Assembly: GCA_965240325.2 (NCBI GenBank)
Contig: OZ251249.1
Coordinates: 620,001 to 684,000 of the forward strand
Source: Rebecca billardiae RCC1528
Taxonomy: Eukaryota; Protista; Haptophyta
Reading direction: 5' to 3'
Length of the DNA: 64,000 bases
This document shows positions 59,534-64,000 of the stretch, piece by piece. Numbering within the stretch: the first letter of the stretch is position 1; each line of letters begins with the position of its first letter. Below the pieces are notes generated by a model. That model was not told the origin of the DNA. It searched no databases and saw only the letters and a program-made list of their open reading frames with translations. The position numbers were made by a program, and so were the translations under genes.

Positions 59534-60145
59534 TCACAGCTTGTCGCCGTCGCGCGCGGCGGGGAGCGTGACTGCCTCGACGAGCTCGCGAGGCACGCGC
59601 ACCATCCGGCCGCGCAGGTTGAGGCAGACGTGCTTCTCGTCGCGCGAGTGCAGCGTGCCGGCGAAGGAGCTCTTCCCCTTGTGCGGCGCGCTCGTCGTCA
59701 CCGTCACGTCGAAGCCCTTGAACGCCTCGAACTCGCGGTCGGTCGAGAGCGTGTCGGACGCGCCCGGCGTCGTGACCTCGAGGTCAAAGTTGCCTGCCGG
59801 CAGGTCGGGTGCTTCTGCCTCCTCCTGCTGGTCGAGCCAGTCGCTCAGCCGGCGATTGAGCAGCTGCAGCTGCTCCGAGCCCGCGCTTCGCTCCACCTCC
59901 ACGCGGAGCACGGGTGGCTTCCACTGCGCCTGCATGTACGGAATGCCGTCGAGAGCGGCGATCTCGCGCGCCGCCGCGTCGAAGCGTGCTACGAACGGAT
60001 CGAACGACTCGTCGGCGTCGGCCGCGGCAAGGCGGGCGCGGGGGAGGGTGTGGAGCTGCCTGCTGCCCGGCACGACGCGGGCGGCTCGCAGCGCGCCGAA
60101 CGCGCACAGCACCGTCGCGGCGTGCGCCATCGACGCGATCGCCAT
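59534..60145 (-). CDS. rimP: Ribosome maturation factor RimP-like protein, organelle (probably plastid)-targeted
   Basis: FDLEVTTPGASDTLSTDREFEAFKGFDVTV...FAGTL...LNLRGRMVRVPRELV; hydrophobic followed by basic N-terminal leader. Confidence 0.82.
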   Translation of the reverse strand: MAIASMAHAATVLCAFGALRAARVVPGSRQLHTLPRARLAAADADESFDPFVARFDAAAREIAALDGIPYMQAQWKPPVLRVEVERSAGSEQLQLLNRRLSDWLDQQEEAEAPDLPAGNFDLEVTTPGASDTLSTDREFEAFKGFDVTVTTSAPHKGKSSFAGTLHSRDEKHVCLNLRGRMVRVPRELVEAVTLPAARDGDKL

Positions 60146-60255
60146 AGTCGTAAGCCGTTCGGTGTCCAGTACTGTCGACGTCTCGTCGCCAGTGAACGGG
60201 CGACTTCGAGATCGGATCTCCGGTTGCTGTGGGCCGGCGCGTCCCGATTTGAAGG

Positions 60256-61929
60256 ATGGCCGTCCTCGCGCGCGCGCGCTGGGCGACGATGGGGTTCTGG
60301 AGGCCGCGCGTCCTCTCGCCGCGCGGCGAGATGCTCACGCTCGCGGCGTGTCTCGCTGCACGCCGCCCGCCGCCTCCGACGCCCGTCCGGCCGCCCGCCC
60401 TGCTCGCGTCGCGGCGCGCGCTCGGCGCCGCCAGCTCCTTCCCCATCGACGACGGCGCGGGCCAGCCGCCGCTGCTGCCCTGCCCCGGGCACGGCGGCCC
60501 GCACGACGTCGGTGGGGTCGATGAGCTGCTTGGTATCCCGGTCGACGTGACGGACCAGCCGCTGGCGCACTGGGAGCGCCAGTGCCACGCGCTGCTCGTG
60601 ACTCTCGTAGGCGCAGGCCGGCTGAGCACGGACGAGCTGCGCCGTGGCATCGAGTCGCTCGAGCCGCGCGTGTACACCTCGGCGGAGTGGGGCTACTACG
60701 ACAAGTGGGCAGCGAGCATCGCGCTTGGCCTCGTCGAGCGCGGCGTGCTCGCGCCCGGCGAGCTCGACGCCGCGCTCGGCGCGCCCGCCGCGCCACCGTC
60801 GGCCGAACGATCTCGCTTCCGACCGGGCGACCGCGTGCGCGTGCGCGCGGAGCGCCCGCTGCGCCGGTGGCGCAAGCCGCACCTGCGCACGCCTGGGTAC
60901 ATCTTCGGCGCGCGCGGCGTCGTCGAGCGCTGCGAGGGCGCCTTCGCCGACCCCGAGTTCCTCGCCTTCCGCGCGCGCGCGTCCGCGGCGCCGCAGCAGC
61001 TGTATCGTGTGCGCTTTGCGCAGGCCGAGCTGTGGCCGGAGGGCGGCGGCGCGCCGCTGGGAGGCGGCGCGGAGAGCGCGGAGGGTGGCGGCGATGCCGT
61101 GTACGCGGACGTGTACGAGCCGTGGCTGGAGCCGAGCGCGGCGGCGGAGGCCGGCCCGCACCGCCCGCCGCCCGCGCCCGCGCGCGACCAGGGCGCGCGC
61201 GCACCCGGGCCAGCGCACGCGCATGCGGAGAGTGCGCGCGCGCACGCGCACGCGCACGCGCATGAGCACGCGCACGCGCACGGGCACGAGCACCTCTCGC
61301 GCGCGGAGCTGGAGCAGCGCGCGGTCGATGCCGAAGGGCGCGAGGCCCCCGGCGAGCGCATCGTCGCTGCGCTGCTCGACACGCTCCCGGCGCGCGGCGC
61401 TCTGGAGCTGGAGGATGTGCGGCGTGCGATCGAGGCAATGGACGGCGCGGCGCGGCGCGCGGACGGCGCGCGGCTCGTGGCGCGCGCGTGGGTGGACGCG
61501 GGGTTCCGCGCGCGGCTGCTCGACGACGCGAGCGCGGCGGCTGCCGAGCTCGGCATCAGCGCGACCAACGCGACCGCGCCGACGGTGCTCCGCGCCGTGG
61601 CGTGCACCCCACACGAGCACCACATTGTGGTGTGCACCCTCTGCTCTTGTTACCCGCTTTCTATTTTGGGCCTCTCGCCCTCGTGGTATAAAAGCCGGCA
61701 CTTCCGCGCGCGCGCCGTGCGCGAGCCGCGCGCGCTGCTCGCCGACTCGTTCGGGCTGCGCCTCCCCGAGCGCACGCGCGTGTGCGTGCACGACAGCACG
61801 GCCGACGTGCGCTACTTTGTGCTGCCACTCCGCCCGCCGCGCACGGACGGGCTGGGCGAGGCCGAGCTCGCGCGCCTTGTCACGCGCGACACCATGCTGG
61901 GCGTCGCGCAGTGCGCCGCCCCGCGCTGA
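60256..61929 (+). CDS. Fused beta-alpha cobalt-type nitrile hydratase with His-rich linker (intronless)
   Basis: Beta part: PHDVGG, WERQCHAL, DELRRGIE, YYDKW, RFRPGDRVRV, HLRTPGY, LYRVRF..ELW, DVYEPWLE. Alpha part: GARLVARAWVD, VVCTLCSCYP, LGLSPSWYKS, AVREPRALL, VHDSTADVRYFVLPLRP, LVTRDTMLGV. Start could also be 60289 or 60331. Confidence 0.95.
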   Translation: MAVLARARWATMGFWRPRVLSPRGEMLTLAACLAARRPPPPTPVRPPALLASRRALGAASSFPIDDGAGQPPLLPCPGHGGPHDVGGVDELLGIPVDVTDQPLAHWERQCHALLVTLVGAGRLSTDELRRGIESLEPRVYTSAEWGYYDKWAASIALGLVERGVLAPGELDAALGAPAAPPSAERSRFRPGDRVRVRAERPLRRWRKPHLRTPGYIFGARGVVERCEGAFADPEFLAFRARASAAPQQLYRVRFAQAELWPEGGGAPLGGGAESAEGGGDAVYADVYEPWLEPSAAAEAGPHRPPPAPARDQGARAPGPAHAHAESARAHAHAHAHEHAHAHGHEHLSRAELEQRAVDAEGREAPGERIVAALLDTLPARGALELEDVRRAIEAMDGAARRADGARLVARAWVDAGFRARLLDDASAAAAELGISATNATAPTVLRAVACTPHEHHIVVCTLCSCYPLSILGLSPSWYKSRHFRARAVREPRALLADSFGLRLPERTRVCVHDSTADVRYFVLPLRPPRTDGLGEAELARLVTRDTMLGVAQCAAPR

Positions 61930-62380
61930 CTGGCTGGCTGGCGCGGATGGGAGTCGATCGATCGTCAACGCCGCGGACGAATCGGATGACGATAGCAGGC
62001 TCGGCTGGCGCCGTGGCTGGTGCGGCCGCGTGGTCGGCACGGACCGTCACCACCGTACAGTCCGTACACCAGGTTCCCTACCGCTCAGGTTGGCATCACT
62101 TATTGGCAGAGGCGCGGGCGCGGCACAAGACAACCGCGTCCGCGCGGCGCGCCGTGCGGCGCCCGCTCGGAACTCGTGAACGCTCATCAGCGGCGCCCCG
62201 CCCGGCTGGAGTCGGCGGACTCGGCGGTGTAGTTACACTGAACTCATCGTGTTTACCTGTCCGGCCCGCGGGCTCCGGATTCCGAAAGCACTGCGCACGC
62301 TGTGACTCCGTGTTGACTGTTCATGAGGTGGACGAAACGGTCGTCGGCACTCGGCACGACGACGGCGGAATCGACGCGAA

Positions 62381-64000
62381 ATGTGGACGCCGCGCGGAAC
62401 GATCGTCCTGCTGTCGTCCGACGAGGATGAGCCCGCGGGGAGCGCCATGCGCGCTCGTCGACTCGTGGTCGACAGCTCCCCCAGCAGCGAGAGCTCCTCC
62501 CCAGAACGTGCGCCCTCAGCCGCCCGCAGCTCACCCGTGCCCGCCGCTCGCTCGGCCGTGCGCCGCGGGCGCATCGTGCTGGAGGATGACGACGCGAGCG
62601 ACGACGAGCCCACCCTGGCGGCAGAGGCGTGCACGCCGCTGGCAGCCGTCTCGGGTGCGGCGCGGCATGTGCAAGGGCTCGCCTCGCGCCGGCGCCGCGC
62701 GGTCCTCGACTCGCCCTCCTCGAGCGACGGAAGCCTGCCGACGCCTCCGCGGTTGGGATCAGCGCGCGCACCGATCAGTAGCGCTCGGGGCCGGCGCGTG
62801 GTGCTCGACTCTCCGCCGTCTGGCGGCAGCCCAAGCAGTGCGGACGACTCCGCAGCCGCCACCCCGCCGCCGCACGGCGGCTCGTCGACGCCGCGGCGCG
62901 CGTCGGCGCGAGTGATTGTCCTGCTCAGCAGCGACGACGACGGCGACGACGACGATGACGATGACGACGACCCTGATGATGCTGACTCTGGTCCTGAGAG
63001 GGCGGAGGGGGCGGCGGCGGAGCGCGTGGGCTCCTCGCCGAGGACGGCCGTCATTGGGCAAGGCGGGGGTGGCCTGGGCGCCATCTCGCTCGTCGACGGC
63101 ACCCCGACCTCCCACCGCCGCCCTGCGCCCCCCTGGAGGCCACACCGGCAGGAGACGAGTGGTGTGGCGCACGCGCTCCCGGTGCGGCCTCAACTGCCGG
63201 CGCCAGCGCCGCCTGGCCAGGCCGGCGCGTGCGCTGACGAGCCGATCGAGCTCTCGAGCGACTCCGGCTCGGACGAGCCCGCAGAGGAGCCGCCGCGGCG
63301 GCGTGTGGGCAGCGCGCGCCCAGCGGGCGCGCGCCGATGGCCGTGCGCCTCGCCGCCCAGCGGCGGCAGCAGCTCAGGCTCAGACGACTCAGCTCTGCCG
63401 GGCTCCCCTCCGCGGCCGCGCCGGCGCGCGCCGGGCGGCGGCCGGCCAGAGGGCGATCGTGGCGCTGGCGGCGGCGTGCTGGCGGCGGTGGGCGGCGCGG
63501 GCGCGAACATCGGCAGCGCGCCAGCCACGCCTGCGCGCGGCAAGAAGCTGGCGCCGCCCTCCGACCCCGCCACCACGCCTGCGCCTCGCGCGAGGCCCGC
63601 GGCGCCGCCGCTCTCAGCGCGCGCGCGCGCGGCGCAGCGGCGCGCGCTCACCGAGTCCCTCCGGCCCGAGTTCGAGCGGCTGAACCGGGCGGCTTTCGAG
63701 GGGCGGCTGCCCTTGGACCTGCCGCTGGCGTGGTCGAACACGCTCAGGCGCACGGCGGGGATCACCAAGCTGTGGACGGCGCGCGGGGCCGACGGTGGGC
63801 GGCGCGCGCGCATCGAGCTTGCCACCAAGGTGGTGGACAGCCCGGAACGGTGCGCGCGCGGCGCCGTGCGCCCGCCCGCCAGCCCCGTGCGCGCGCGAGC
63901 GCCGTGCCGCGCGGCACGCGGCGACTGTGCTCACCTGCCCGCGCGCGCGCCGTCGGTGGCGCAGGCTCGAGTCGACGCTGCTCCACGAGATGTGCCACGC
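62381..64000 (+). CDS. GCNA/ACRC-like SprT metalloprotease (3' truncated); exon 62381-63849, intron 63850-63964, exon 63965->64000
   Basis: Long acidic, disordered N-terminus, then LNRAAFEGRLP..L.LAWSNTLRRTAG...ARIELATKVVDSPER|LESTLLHEMCH (HExxH). The frame from ATG 62381 is consistent. Not listed in the ORF track. Confidence 0.85.
   Translation, partial: MWTPRGTIVLLSSDEDEPAGSAMRARRLVVDSSPSSESSSPERAPSAARSSPVPAARSAVRRGRIVLEDDDASDDEPTLAAEACTPLAAVSGAARHVQGLASRRRRAVLDSPSSSDGSLPTPPRLGSARAPISSARGRRVVLDSPPSGGSPSSADDSAAATPPPHGGSSTPRRASARVIVLLSSDDDGDDDDDDDDDPDDADSGPERAEGAAAERVGSSPRTAVIGQGGGGLGAISLVDGTPTSHRRPAPPWRPHRQETSGVAHALPVRPQLPAPAPPGQAGACADEPIELSSDSGSDEPAEEPPRRRVGSARPAGARRWPCASPPSGGSSSGSDDSALPGSPPRPRRRAPGGGRPEGDRGAGGGVLAAVGGAGANIGSAPATPARGKKLAPPSDPATTPAPRARPAAPPLSARARAAQRRALTESLRPEFERLNRAAFEGRLPLDLPLAWSNTLRRTAGITKLWTARGADGGRRARIELATKVVDSPERCARGAVRPPASPVRARAPCRAARGDCAHLPARAPSVAQARVDAAPRDVPR

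Noticed and set aside
60256-61929. Bacterial contamination or a recent bacterial operon around NHase and RimP
   Set aside because: The fused beta-alpha form is the eukaryotic type, codon style matches the host, RimP has a targeting leader, and neighbouring genes include spliceosomal introns.

Overview
Gene-dense, very GC-rich eukaryotic nuclear DNA with short GT-AG introns. The host is probably an alga or protist; the GC content, intron style and gene set suggest a haptophyte, but that is inference. Recognisable genes in order: DUF952 protein, centrin, an AIFM2/FSP1-like oxidoreductase fused to two WrbA quinone-reductase domains, an ERdj3-like DnaJ, an EsV-1-7 Cys-repeat protein, a trypanosome/apicomplexan-type MORN1, an RS-rich protein, RPA1, an FkbM methyltransferase, an NHX/CPA1 Na+/H+ exchanger, GCN1, four paralogous sulfotransferases, a SHOCT/zf-PARP protein, a putative membrane protein, DGAT2, organellar RimP, a fused beta-alpha cobalt-type nitrile hydratase, and a GCNA/SprT protease running off the right edge. 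Intergenic DNA holds several TIR elements (837-2520; 50145-50536; 56532-57760 with a GGCG target-site duplication), solo Tc1/mariner-like termini, long hairpins and microsatellites. The best candidate for a novel system is the putatively myristoylated FSP1-WrbA-WrbA triple quinone reductase. Exon boundaries were read by eye and no database searches were run.
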